A stretch of 64,000 nucleotides of DNA, from positions 4,607 to 68,606 of the forward strand of contig CAYPSI010000120.1 of the NCBI GenBank assembly GCA_964413375.1, read 5' to 3'. The position numbers and the translations under genes were made by a program. Within the stretch, counting starts at the first letter, position 1; each line of letters starts with the position of its first letter. Shown here one piece after another: positions 25,770-35,439 of this stretch. This DNA is from an uncultured Spirochaetales bacterium (GTDB taxonomy: Bacteria > Myxococcota_A > UBA9160 > SMWR01). The notes under the pieces were generated by a model that ran no database searches, had not been told where the DNA came from, and worked only from the letters and a program-made list of their open reading frames with translations.

Positions 25770-26854
25770 AGGCCGCCGTCTGCCGCGCACTCGGCCAGCT
25801 GGCGGTCGAGGAGATCGACGAGCCGCGCCCGCAGGCCGGGGAAGTGCTGCTCGAGATGGTTGCCACCGGAGTCTGCGGGACCGACCTCTCGATCTTTCGC
25901 GGGCACCTGCCCTCGCCCTTCCCGATCGTGCTCGGCCACGAAGGCGTGGGCATCGTGCGCGAGATCGGGCCCGGCGTACGCGGACTCTCGCCGGGTGATC
26001 CCGTCGTCTGCACGATCATCCCGAGCTGCGGCCGCTGCTTCTACTGCGTGCGCGGCGAGGACCCGCTCTGCGAGGAGATCACCTTCTACACCGGAAAGAT
26101 GCTCGACGGCACCACCCGCCTCGCGAGCCGCGGGGAGCCGATCCACAGCCTCTCGTACCAGGCCTCCTTTGCGGAGCGCGCGGTCGTACCGGAACGCTGC
26201 GCGATCAAGGTGCGGCGCGATGCGCCGCTCGAATCGCTGGTGGGTCTCGCCTGCGGCGTCAGCACAGGGCTCGGCGCCTCGATGCTGCGCTCGCCGGTGG
26301 AGCCCGGGAGCAGCGTCCTCGTGATCGGCGCAGGGGGCGTAGGTCTCTCGACGCTGATGGGTGCGCGCCTTCGCGGCGCCGGCTGTCTCATCGCCGCGGA
26401 CGTCGTGCCCGCGAAGCTCGAGCGAGCGCGCGCCCTCGGGCTGGCAGACCACGCGATCGATCCGCGCAGCGAGCCCCTCGCGGAGCGCGTGCGCGCGCTG
26501 ACCGGCGGGCGGGGCGCGGACCACGCCTTCGACGCCGCCGGCGTCCGCGGCACCCTCGAGGCGGCCGTGGCGGCGCTGCGGCCCGGCGGCACCGCAGTCG
26601 CGATCGGTCTCGCAGATGCGAAGCTCACGGTGACGCTTCCGACGCCGGCACTGCTGCGCCAGCGCTGGGTGACCGGAACCTTCGGCGGCTCGATCGCCCC
26701 GCGCCGGGACATCCCCGCCTTCGTCGAGCTCCAGATGGCCGGACGCCTCGACCTGGGCTCGCTGATCGACAGCTGGTACCGGCTCGACGAGCTCCCGCGC
26801 GCCTTCGACGACCTCGCCCACGGTCGCGTCACGCGCGGCGCGATCCGGTTCTAG
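25766..26854 (+). CDS. zinc-dependent alcohol dehydrogenase (MDR family)
   Basis: In frame with track ORF 25169..26854. GVCGTDLSIF, LGHEGVGIV, a CGRCFYCVRGEDPLC structural-zinc cluster, and VIGAGGVGLS. Confidence 0.85.
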   Translation: MKAAVCRALGQLAVEEIDEPRPQAGEVLLEMVATGVCGTDLSIFRGHLPSPFPIVLGHEGVGIVREIGPGVRGLSPGDPVVCTIIPSCGRCFYCVRGEDPLCEEITFYTGKMLDGTTRLASRGEPIHSLSYQASFAERAVVPERCAIKVRRDAPLESLVGLACGVSTGLGASMLRSPVEPGSSVLVIGAGGVGLSTLMGARLRGAGCLIAADVVPAKLERARALGLADHAIDPRSEPLAERVRALTGGRGADHAFDAAGVRGTLEAAVAALRPGGTAVAIGLADAKLTVTLPTPALLRQRWVTGTFGGSIAPRRDIPAFVELQMAGRLDLGSLIDSWYRLDELPRAFDDLAHGRVTRGAIRF

Positions 26855-26913
26855 GACGTTGCGTCGATCTGGGAGAGCGTACTCGTCTCCGCTCGCCTGC
26901 GGCTCGCTGCGCG

Positions 26914-26992
26914 CTTCGCTTGCCTTTCCCGGGCCTCGCGCTCGTTCTTCGCTCGAGCTCGGGCTCCGGGCTTCGCTTGCCTTTCCCGGGCC
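26914..26992. repeat. 22-bp direct repeat (CTTCGCTTGCCTTTCCCGGGCC) x2, 57 bp apart
   Basis: The copies lie at 26914-26935 and 26971-26992, in the convergent gap between the ADH stop and the crotonase remnant stop. Confidence 0.8.
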
Positions 26993-27008
26993 GTGGGCGA
27001 TGCGCGGC

Positions 27009-27654
27009 TCACGAGCTTCGCGAACGCTCTACCGCGTCGCGCTCGAGCGCCGTCGCGAGGCCCTCTTGGATCCGCGGGTCGAAGTAGTGGTCGACCGAGT
27101 GGCCGATCTCGAACGCGCGCTGCGCGGAGAGCATTTCGCCGGTGTAGAGGAGCCACCGGGTCATCCGGTCTCCGACGGCCTCCCTTAGCGTCTGCGAGGC
27201 ACCACCGCCCCCGACCCCGGCGGGATGACAGTATCCGAGGGTCGCAGGCGAGGGCGAGCTCGATCCCGCCCATCGAGGCCGGCCCGTTCACCGCCGCCAC
27301 GATCGGCTTCGGAACCGACTGCATCAGCAGGTGCAGGTCGCGCACGCCCAACAGGAATGCCCGGTAGGCGTTGCGGTCGCCAAAGTACTTCTCGCCGATC
27401 TCGTCTCCGTCCGCGCTGCGGCAGAAGGCGCTGCCCTTGCCGCTCAGGATCACCGCGCCGACGCCCACATCCTGCGCGATTTCCCGGAAGGCCTCGGCCA
27501 GCGCGGCGTGAAGCGCGTCGTCCAGCAGGTTCTCCTTCTCCGGCCGGTTGAGCCACAGCCGCTCGACCGCTCCGATCCTCTCGCGGAGCAGGACCTGCGC
27601 CATCTCGCGCACCTGCTCCGCCAGGACCTGGTGAGCGACTTCCACGGGCTGCAC
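27009..27654 (-). pseudogene. enoyl-CoA hydratase/isomerase (crotonase) gene with internal deletion and frameshift
   Basis: Frame A (track ORF 26851..27654) is crotonase-like up to VAAVNGPASMGGIELALACD, then becomes Arg-rich nonsense. The +1 frame continues the family sequence (LGYCHPAGVGGGGASQTLREAVGDRMTRWLLYTGEMLSAQRAFEIGHSV...) to TGA 27009-27011. About 12-16 residues, including the G-x-P-E catalytic Glu region, are missing between ACD and the glycine loop. Confidence 0.55.
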
Positions 27655-27770
27655 GGCGCGACGCGGACGGCTCCAGCTGAAGCCGCCGCTATCCTCCCGT
27701 CCTCTCCGGGGGGTGGGGGCGGGCGGTTCCGAACGAGCACCAGCTGCTGATCTTCTGGCTCGAGCTGCTC

Positions 27771-29924
27771 GTGCTGCTCGGCGTGGCGCGCGGCCTCGGC
27801 GCGCTGATGCGACGCGTGGGCCAGCCGGCGGTGGTCGGCGAGCTGGCGGCGGGATTCGTGCTCGGACCGGGCCTCCTGGGAGCGCTCGCGCCGGATCTCC
27901 AGGGCTGGCTCTTTCCGCCCGATCCGGTGCAGCAGAGCCTGCTCGCGGGCCCGGCGTGGATCGGTGTCTTCCTGCTGCTCGTCCTCACCGGTCTCGAGAC
28001 CGACATCGCGCTGATCCGACGCCTGGGTCGCGGCGTCGCCTACGTCGCGGCGGGAAGCCTCTTGATTCCCTTGATCGCCGGGATCAACCTCGGCTTCTAC
28101 CTCCCCGATGCCTTCGTCGCGGAGACGGCGCCGCGCCCGATCTTCGCGCTCTTCCTCGGCACGGCCTTTGCAATCTCGGCGCTGCCCGTGATCGCGAAGA
28201 TCCTCTCGGATCTCGACCTGATGCGGCGCAACGTCGCCCAGATGCTGCTTGCTGCCGCCATGGCCGACGACGTCGTCGGCTGGGTGCTGCTCGGCATCGT
28301 GGCGGGGATGGCGCAGTCCGGCTCCTTCGAGGCCGGAGCGCTCGCGCTGCGGATCGGGGGGCTCGCGCTCTTCCTGGGCCTCGCCTTCACGCTGGGGCAG
28401 CGCATCGTCGACGCCGTGCTGCGCCGCGTGCGCATCCGCGGCGGTGGCATCTCGGGAAGCCTTGGCACCGCCCTGCTCGTCTCGGTGGCCTCCGGGGCGC
28501 TCACCCACGCGATCGGCCTCGAGGCGATCTTCGGTGCGTTCATCGCGGGGATCGTGCTCGGGCGCTCGCGCTTCCACGACGCGGAGGTCTTCTCGCACCT
28601 CGACGGCATCACCCGCTCCTTCTTCGCCCCGCTCTTCTTCGCCACCGCGGGGCTGCGGGTGGATCTGGCACTTCTCGCCGATCCCGAGATTCTCGCCTGG
28701 GGTTCGCTCGTGATCGCGGCCGCGACCGTCACGAAGTTCGCCGGCGCATGGTTCGGTGGCAGGCTCGCGGGGCTGCCGCGACGCGAGGCGCTCGCGCTCG
28801 GTGCCGGGCTCAACGCGCGAGGCGCGGTGCAGATCGCGATCGCAGCGGTGGGTCTCTCCCTCGGCGTGTTGAATGCGCACTCGTACACAGTGGTCGTGCT
28901 GATGGCGATCGTCACGTCGATGATGGCGCCGCCCACCCTGCGGGCGATCCTGCGCGGCTGGGCCGGCTCCGAGGAGGAGCGCGAGCGGCTCGCGCGCGAA
29001 CGACTGCTCGGGGAGAACGCGCTGCTGCGACCGTGGCGCATCCTGATCCCCAGCCACGGCGGACCGAACTCCATCCTCGCAGCGCGCATCGTGGACCTCG
29101 CCTGGCCGGAGGGCATCGAGGCGACCGTGCTCGCAGCCGGGCGGGACGTGCCCGCAGAAGACGTGGCCCGCGTCCGGGCCGCGTTCACCGCGCGTCCGCT
29201 GGTGTACGAGCAGGCGCCGACCGAGGAGCCGCTCGCGGCGATCCTGGAGCGCGCGAAGCTCGGCTACGGCGCGATCGCGCTGGGCGCTACCGACACCCGG
29301 ATCGCCGGAACGCTCGTCTCGCCGGTCGTCGACGCGCTACTCGCCGCAAGCCCGCTGCCCGTGATCATGGTGAGACGCGGCGCCGGCGCGGACCCGATGG
29401 CACCGCCCGCCTTCCGCCGCATCCTGGTTCCCGCCGTGGGGACCCTTCCCGGCCGCGCCGCGCAGGAGATGGCCTACAGCGTGGCGCGTAGCCTCGGCGC
29501 GCAGGTCTGGATCGCGCACGTGGTGACCCTCCCCTCGCTGGGACAGACGCTGGCCTACGCCTCCGAGGGAGACGAGCCGAGATCACGAGAGCTGCGCGAG
29601 CGGGCGGAGGTCGCCGAGCGGGTCGTGGAAGAGGCGCGCACCCTCGCGCACGACATGGGTGTGCGCGCCGAGCCCTTGATCCGTACCGCCGTCTCCGCCC
29701 CGGAGACGATCCTCGCGCTGGCGCGTGAGCGCGACATCGACCTGCTCGTCCTCGCCGCCAACCGGAGGCAGCTCACCGGCCGTCCCTTCCTCGGCCACGG
29801 TGTCGAATTCCTGCTGCGCGAGAGTCCGACCGCAGTGGTCGTGGTCAGCGTACCGCCGGGCTGGGGGGGCTCGGCGGGGACACCCCGCGCGGCAGCCGGA
29901 GTGCCAGCACCGCGACCACGATGA
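27771..29924 (+). CDS. CPA2 cation:proton antiporter fused to tandem universal-stress-protein (USP) domains
   Basis: GQPAVVGELAAGFVLGPGLLG and multiple TM segments (Na_H_Exchanger). The C-terminal roughly 270 aa carry two USP-like units (ILIPSHGGPNSILAARI...; RILVPAVGTLPGRAAQEMAYSVARSLGAQVWIAHVV...DLLVLAAN). It starts with GTG. Confidence 0.8.
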   Translation: MLLGVARGLGALMRRVGQPAVVGELAAGFVLGPGLLGALAPDLQGWLFPPDPVQQSLLAGPAWIGVFLLLVLTGLETDIALIRRLGRGVAYVAAGSLLIPLIAGINLGFYLPDAFVAETAPRPIFALFLGTAFAISALPVIAKILSDLDLMRRNVAQMLLAAAMADDVVGWVLLGIVAGMAQSGSFEAGALALRIGGLALFLGLAFTLGQRIVDAVLRRVRIRGGGISGSLGTALLVSVASGALTHAIGLEAIFGAFIAGIVLGRSRFHDAEVFSHLDGITRSFFAPLFFATAGLRVDLALLADPEILAWGSLVIAAATVTKFAGAWFGGRLAGLPRREALALGAGLNARGAVQIAIAAVGLSLGVLNAHSYTVVVLMAIVTSMMAPPTLRAILRGWAGSEEERERLARERLLGENALLRPWRILIPSHGGPNSILAARIVDLAWPEGIEATVLAAGRDVPAEDVARVRAAFTARPLVYEQAPTEEPLAAILERAKLGYGAIALGATDTRIAGTLVSPVVDALLAASPLPVIMVRRGAGADPMAPPAFRRILVPAVGTLPGRAAQEMAYSVARSLGAQVWIAHVVTLPSLGQTLAYASEGDEPRSRELRERAEVAERVVEEARTLAHDMGVRAEPLIRTAVSAPETILALARERDIDLLVLAANRRQLTGRPFLGHGVEFLLRESPTAVVVVSVPPGWGGSAGTPRAAAGVPAPRPR

Positions 29925-31158
29925 GCGAGAACGCAAGGAGCAGGAGACCCGGAGCGAAGCTCCCGGTCGCTTGCTTGAGGAGCCCGAGCGCCCAGGGTCC
30001 GGCGAAGCCGCCGAGGTTTCCGATCGAGTTCACGACGGCGATACCGCCCGCCGCCGCGCTACCGGAGAGGAAGGCGGTCGGGAGCGTCCAGAAGGGACCG
30101 AGCGCGCTCCAGATGCCGAGCGCCGCGAGCGAGAGGCTGGCCAGTGCCAGCACCGGATGCGAGAAGCCCGCGCTCGCGGCGAAGCCCACTGCTCCGACGA
30201 GGGCCGGCGCCGCGATGTGCCAGCGGCGTTCACCGCTGCGATCCGAGTGCGCCCCGACCACGACCATTCCGACCGATGCGACGACATAGGGAATCGCGGA
30301 GACGAGGCCGACTTCGAAGTCGCTCATCTCCGCCAGGCCGGCCACGATCTGCGGCAGCCAGAGGCTGACCGCGTAGATCGAGAGGACGAGCGCGAAGTAG
30401 AGCAAGCCGAGCGACCAGACGCGTGCGTCTACGAGCGCATGCCGGAGCTCGGTGCGCCCGTGCGCGCGCTCGATCGACGCGCGCTCCTCGGCGAGCTTTG
30501 CCACGAGCCAGCTTCGCTCCTCCGGCTCGAGCCATTGCGCCTGCTCCGGACGATCGGTGAGGACGACGAGCACGACGAAGGCGAGAGCCACCGCCGGGAG
30601 CCCCTCGAGCAGGAAGAGCCACTGCCAGCCCTCGAGCCCGGCGAGGCCGTCCATCTCGAGTAGCGCCCCCGAAATCGGCCCCCCGATCACGCCCGCCATC
30701 GCGGTCGCGGTCATGAAGAGTGCGACCGCGCGCGCCCGCTCGGCCGCGGGGAACCAGTAGGTCAGGTAGAGCACCATGCCCGGAAAAAACCCCGCCTCGG
30801 CCACGCCGAGCAGGAATCGGAGCGTGTAGAAGGCGGCCTCCCCGTTCACGAACATCATCGCGGACGAGATCACGCCCCAGGTCAGCATGATTCGCGCGAT
30901 CCAAAAGCGCGGCCCGACCCGCTCGAGGATCAGGTTGCTCGGGACCTCGAAGAGGAAGTAGCCGATGAAGAAGATCCCGGCGCCGAAGCCATAGACTGCG
31001 TCGCCGAAGCCGAGATCCTGCTTCATCTGGAGCGCGGCGAAGCCGACGTTCACGCGATCGAGGAAGGCCACGATGTAGAGCAGGAACAGGAAGGGGATCA
31101 GGCGACGCGTGACCTTGGCCGTCACGCGGCCCGCTTCGACCGCGACCTCGCCCCCCAT
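29845..31158 (-). CDS. MFS transporter (anion:cation symporter/ACS-like)
   Basis: LIPFLFLLYIVAFLDRVNVGFAALQMKQDLGF and 12 hydrophobic segments. ATG 31158 is preferred over 31209, which would abut the divergent gene. Confidence 0.8.
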   Translation of the reverse strand: MGGEVAVEAGRVTAKVTRRLIPFLFLLYIVAFLDRVNVGFAALQMKQDLGFGDAVYGFGAGIFFIGYFLFEVPSNLILERVGPRFWIARIMLTWGVISSAMMFVNGEAAFYTLRFLLGVAEAGFFPGMVLYLTYWFPAAERARAVALFMTATAMAGVIGGPISGALLEMDGLAGLEGWQWLFLLEGLPAVALAFVVLVVLTDRPEQAQWLEPEERSWLVAKLAEERASIERAHGRTELRHALVDARVWSLGLLYFALVLSIYAVSLWLPQIVAGLAEMSDFEVGLVSAIPYVVASVGMVVVGAHSDRSGERRWHIAAPALVGAVGFAASAGFSHPVLALASLSLAALGIWSALGPFWTLPTAFLSGSAAAGGIAVVNSIGNLGGFAGPWALGLLKQATGSFAPGLLLLAFSLIVVAVLALRLPRGVSPPSPPSPAVR

Positions 31159-31252
31159 ACACGCGAGCGTAGCGTCCAGATTTTCGGCGCGCGGTTGACG
31201 CGGCCCCATGCGTTGCGGTACCGAAGGGCTTTCACCCCGAAGGACCGAAGAG

Positions 31253-32443
31253 ATGACGACCCTCCCCTACCGCATCTACGACGCCGACAACCACTACTAC
31301 GAGCCCGATGACTGCTTCACCCGGCACATCGAGGCCGGCTTCCGGGAGCGCAGCGTCCGCATCGAGCGCAGTCGGCCCGGCCCGGGCACGATGTTCGTCG
31401 GCGACGAACGCTGCCACTTCTTCAGCGTCGGCGCGGGCGACAGCGTCGGGGCTCCCGGCGCGATGAAGGAGTTCCTGCGCGGCCGCAGCGACGAGGGCGG
31501 GAGCCCGAGCCTGCGCCCGATCGATGGCCTCGCGGTGCCCGAGTTCACCGACCGCCGTGCCCGCCTCGCGAAGATGGACGAGCAGCGGGTCGAGGCGTGC
31601 CTGATCCTGCCGACGGCCGGGGTCGGCGTGGAGCCTCAGCTGCGCGAAGCGCAGCACCGGGAGGCGCTCTATCCGAGCCTGCGCGCGTTCAACCGCTGGC
31701 TCGAAGAGGACTGGGGCTACGGCCGCGACGGGCGCATCTACGGCGCGCCTCTCGACTCACTCGTCGATCTGGACGAGGCCGTCGCCGAGCTCGATCGCGT
31801 GCTCGCGCGCGGGGCGCGCTTCCTCATCGTCACGGCCGGCCCGGTGGACGGGCGCTCCCCCGGCGATCCCCATTTCGACCCCTTCTGGGCGCGCTGCCAG
31901 GAGGCGGGAATCAACGTCGTCTACCACATCGGGCGCACACCCTTCAGCGAGATGTACAACACGCCGTGGGGGCTGCGGCCGCACCCGCCCTCGCACCGCC
32001 ACTCGCTGATGGAGTACACGCTCTCCTTCACCGAGCGTCCGATCGCGGACACGCTGACGGCGCTCGTCGCCGATAACCTTTTCGGGCGCTTCCCGGCACT
32101 CAAGATCCTGTCGGTCGAGTACGGGGCCTCGTGGCTGGCTCCCCTCGTGCACAAGCTCGACAAGATCTCGCGCCTGTACAGCAAGGACATGTGGCGCTTC
32201 GGCGCCCCGCCGCTGCGCCCGAGCGATACGCTCCGGCAGAATCTCTGGATCGCTCCCTTCTACGAAGACGACGTCGTCGCGCTCGCGAAGCTGATCGGCG
32301 CAGACCACGTGCTCAACGGCTCCGATTATCCGCACCCGGAAGGCCTGCTCTGGCCGGCCGAGTTCGCCGAGGAGTGCGCGGGCCTTCCCGAGGCGGACGT
32401 GAAGAAGATCATGCGCGACAACCTCGCCGGCCTCGTGGCTTAG
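31253..32443 (+). CDS. amidohydrolase family protein (PF04909), paralog 4
   Basis: MTTLPYRIYDADNHYYEP and VLNGSDYPHPEGL. ATG 31253 is in frame with track ORF 31208..32443. Confidence 0.8.
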   Translation: MTTLPYRIYDADNHYYEPDDCFTRHIEAGFRERSVRIERSRPGPGTMFVGDERCHFFSVGAGDSVGAPGAMKEFLRGRSDEGGSPSLRPIDGLAVPEFTDRRARLAKMDEQRVEACLILPTAGVGVEPQLREAQHREALYPSLRAFNRWLEEDWGYGRDGRIYGAPLDSLVDLDEAVAELDRVLARGARFLIVTAGPVDGRSPGDPHFDPFWARCQEAGINVVYHIGRTPFSEMYNTPWGLRPHPPSHRHSLMEYTLSFTERPIADTLTALVADNLFGRFPALKILSVEYGASWLAPLVHKLDKISRLYSKDMWRFGAPPLRPSDTLRQNLWIAPFYEDDVVALAKLIGADHVLNGSDYPHPEGLLWPAEFAEECAGLPEADVKKIMRDNLAGLVA

Positions 32444-32451
32444 GAGTGCCT

Positions 32452-33921
32452 GTGGATCCGCGCACCCCCGTGCTGGTGGGGGTCGGCGCCGTGCAGCAGC
32501 GCGAGGACGACCCGTCGCAGGCCCGCGAGCCGGTCGAGCTGATGATCGCCGCGCTCGCGAAGGCCGCCGAAGACGCCGGGAGTCGAGCTCTGCTCGCCCG
32601 AGCCGACCGGATCGCCGCGCCGCGCGGCTTCTGGGATTACCTGGATCCGTGTCGCATCGTCGCCGAGCGCTTCGGCGCCGCGCGGGCCCGGACCGAGCTG
32701 GCGGAGATCGGCGTGCTCCAGACGACGCTCCTCGGCCGCGCGGCCGCCGCGATTGCAAAGGGCGAGGCCGACGTCGTGCTGGTCACCGGGGGCGAGGCGA
32801 AGCACCGCGAACAGCGAGCGACCAAGCGCGGAGCCGCGGCACCCCTGACGCGCCAGGCGGATCTGGCGCCCGACGAGGTGCTGCGCCCGAGCGGAGACAT
32901 CCTGAACCGATTTGAGCTCGCTGCCGGGATCGCGATGCCAGTCGGGCAATACGCGATGGTCGAGAACGCGCTGCGCGCAGCCGACGGCCAGTCCCTCGAC
33001 GCCCACCGGCGAGAGATCGCGCTGCTCTGGTCGCGGATGAGCCAGGTCGCGGCAGACAATCCCGACGCCTGGAGCCGTGAGTCGATCGCTGCGGACGCGA
33101 TCCGGGAGCCGGTCGGCCGCAACCGGATGCTGGCCTTCCCGTATACGAAGCTCCACAACTCGCAGTGGAACGTCGACCAGGCCGCGGGCCTCATCTTCTG
33201 CTCGCTCGCGACCGCGCGCGCACTCGGCATTCCCCGCGAGCGCTGGGTCTTCCCGCTCGCCGTCGCCGACGCGAACCAGATGGTGCCGCTGACCGAGCGG
33301 CGCTTCCCGCAGCGCTGTCCAGGCTTCGCCCGCGCCGGCGAGAAGGCGCTCGCGGCAGCCTCGCGCGAGATCGGAGACGTCGCGCACCTGGAGCTCTACA
33401 GCTGCTTTCCGTCGGCGGTGCGCGTGCAGGCGCGCGAGCTCGGCATCGACGAGTCGAGGCCGCTCACCGTGACGGGCGGAATGGCCTTCGCGGGAGGCCC
33501 CCTCAACAACTTCGTCTACCAGGCGCTGGTGCGGATGGCGCAGGTGCTGCGCGCCGATCCCGGGAGCACCGGCATGCTGAATGCGGTGAGTGGCGTGCTC
33601 ACCAAACAGGGTGTCTCGCTCTGGTCGACGGAGCCGGCGCCGCAAGGCTTCCGCTTCGAAGACGCGAGCGAGGAAGTCGCGCGCGAGCTCGAGGTGATGC
33701 CGCTGGTGGAGGACGCCACCGGCGACGCCACCGTCGTCACCTACACCGTCCTCTTCGACGGAGAATCCCCGAGCCGGACCGTGCTGCTCTGCGATCTCGG
33801 GGATGGACGCCGCAGCCTCGTCACCAGCGCCGATCCGGCCCTCGCCGCCACCGCGCTGAGCGAGGAGCTCTGCGGGCGCAAGCTCCGGCTCGCTGCCCAG
33901 CGAGCGGTCACACTCGGCTGA
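32452..33921 (+). CDS. thiolase-like protein (acetyl-CoA acetyltransferase family, non-canonical)
   Basis: In frame with track ORF 32131..33921. PVLVGVGAVQQRED, VVLVTGGEAK, ELYSCFPSAV and TVTGGMAFAGGPLNNF resemble SCP-x/Ltp-type thiolase-fold proteins. The GTG at 32452 lies 5 nt after AGGAG; an alternative GTG is at 32446. Confidence 0.6.
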   Translation: MDPRTPVLVGVGAVQQREDDPSQAREPVELMIAALAKAAEDAGSRALLARADRIAAPRGFWDYLDPCRIVAERFGAARARTELAEIGVLQTTLLGRAAAAIAKGEADVVLVTGGEAKHREQRATKRGAAAPLTRQADLAPDEVLRPSGDILNRFELAAGIAMPVGQYAMVENALRAADGQSLDAHRREIALLWSRMSQVAADNPDAWSRESIAADAIREPVGRNRMLAFPYTKLHNSQWNVDQAAGLIFCSLATARALGIPRERWVFPLAVADANQMVPLTERRFPQRCPGFARAGEKALAAASREIGDVAHLELYSCFPSAVRVQARELGIDESRPLTVTGGMAFAGGPLNNFVYQALVRMAQVLRADPGSTGMLNAVSGVLTKQGVSLWSTEPAPQGFRFEDASEEVARELEVMPLVEDATGDATVVTYTVLFDGESPSRTVLLCDLGDGRRSLVTSADPALAATALSEELCGRKLRLAAQRAVTLG

Positions 33922-33958
33922 GCCCGTCGCGTTCCTGGGCCCTGGGATCCGCTCGCGC

Positions 33959-35383
33959 TCACTCCCCGCCGGGCGCGAGAGTCGGCCAGTGCGGATGCCA
34001 CGGACGCTCGCGCTGGAAGGCCAGCGCGGCGCGCAGCACGAGATCCTCGCGGTGGCGCGGGCCGACGATCTGGAGCCCCACCGGCAGGCCGCGGCGCGAG
34101 AGGCCCGCGCGCAGCGTCGCCGCGGGATGCCAGGAAAGGTTGAACGGGATCGTGAAGGAGGCCACTCCGGCGGGCGGCTGCGGGCGCCCCTCGATCTCCT
34201 CGGGGAAGGGCCCACCGGCCGGGGGCGGATCGTAGGGCACCGTCGGGGTCAACAGCAGGTCGACGCGCTCGAAGAGCTGCGCGCACCAGGCATTGAGCTC
34301 GCTGCGCTTGCGCGCGATCGCGCCCCAGCGCTCCGCCGTCATCCGGCTTCCGGCGCGCAGCCCCTTCGCAAAGGCCCGCGTGAAATCCCCCTCGCGCTCC
34401 GGAAGGTAGGAATGGAGGCGCGAGAGTTGCTCGAAGGAGCCGAGCAGCCCCCACTCGATGCCGAGCTTCGGCGGGCCCCCATCGATCGACACGAGACGGT
34501 GTCCAAGCTTTCCGAACACGCGCGCCGCCTCCTCGACCACCTGCGCCACGTCGGATTGCACGACCGCATGGCCCAGATCCGGCGAGAAGCCGAAGCGCGT
34601 GCCCGGCGGCAGCGCCTCGCGGAGCGCGTCGACATACGAGCTTCCCGGATGCGGAAGCGAGTTCGGGTCGCAGGGCGAGGCTCCGCAGCACAGATCGAGC
34701 TGGAGGGCCGCATCCTCCACGGTCTTCGTGAGCGGTCCGGCGACGGAGGTATCGTCGTACTCCCACTGCGCAAAGGGCCCGCGCGGGATCCTGCCGAAGG
34801 AGACCTTGAGGCCGAAGCTCCCGGTAAAGCTCGCCGGGATGCGGATCGATCCACCGCCGTCGCTGGCCGTCACGAGCGGGCAGAGAGAGCCAGCGAGCGC
34901 CGCCGCCGAGCCGCCGCTCGAGCCACCCGGTGTGCGCTCGAGATCCCAGGGCGAGCGCGTCGTGCCGTGGACCAGGTTCTTCGTGATCGCGGTGTGTCCG
35001 AACTCGGGCGTGTTGGTCTTGCCGACGACGATCGCTCCGGCGGTCTCGAGACGCAGCACCTGGGTCGTCGTGGGGTCGGCGATCTGCCCTGCAAAGATCC
35101 GCCTCCCGTGCGAGGTGGGAAGGCCTTGAACGTCCTCGAGATCCTTGACTCCGAGCGGAATTCCTTCGAGCGGACGCCCCTCCCCGCGCGCGATGCGGAC
35201 TTCGGCGCCTGCGGCATCGGCGAGCAACGCATCGCGCTCGCGCAGTACTACGAACGCGTTGAGCCGTGGGTTCAGCTCGTCGATGCGGCCGAGCACCGCG
35301 TGCATCAGCTCGACGGGAGAGGCGCGGCGGGCGCGCAGCCTTTCGCTGAGCTCCGTCAGCGAGAGCGCGAGGAGTTCGTGCAT
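33959..35383 (-). CDS. amidase (amidase-signature family, GatA-like)
   Basis: The GGSSGGSAAALA signature, GGSIRIPASFTG and VKDLEDVQGLPTSHG. Confidence 0.85.
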   Translation of the reverse strand: MHELLALSLTELSERLRARRASPVELMHAVLGRIDELNPRLNAFVVLRERDALLADAAGAEVRIARGEGRPLEGIPLGVKDLEDVQGLPTSHGRRIFAGQIADPTTTQVLRLETAGAIVVGKTNTPEFGHTAITKNLVHGTTRSPWDLERTPGGSSGGSAAALAGSLCPLVTASDGGGSIRIPASFTGSFGLKVSFGRIPRGPFAQWEYDDTSVAGPLTKTVEDAALQLDLCCGASPCDPNSLPHPGSSYVDALREALPPGTRFGFSPDLGHAVVQSDVAQVVEEAARVFGKLGHRLVSIDGGPPKLGIEWGLLGSFEQLSRLHSYLPEREGDFTRAFAKGLRAGSRMTAERWGAIARKRSELNAWCAQLFERVDLLLTPTVPYDPPPAGGPFPEEIEGRPQPPAGVASFTIPFNLSWHPAATLRAGLSRRGLPVGLQIVGPRHREDLVLRAALAFQRERPWHPHWPTLAPGGE

Positions 35384-35439
35384 GATCGAGAGAGTAGCGC
35401 GCTGGCCACTCCGGCGTTCCCATGCGATGCTGCGGCGCG

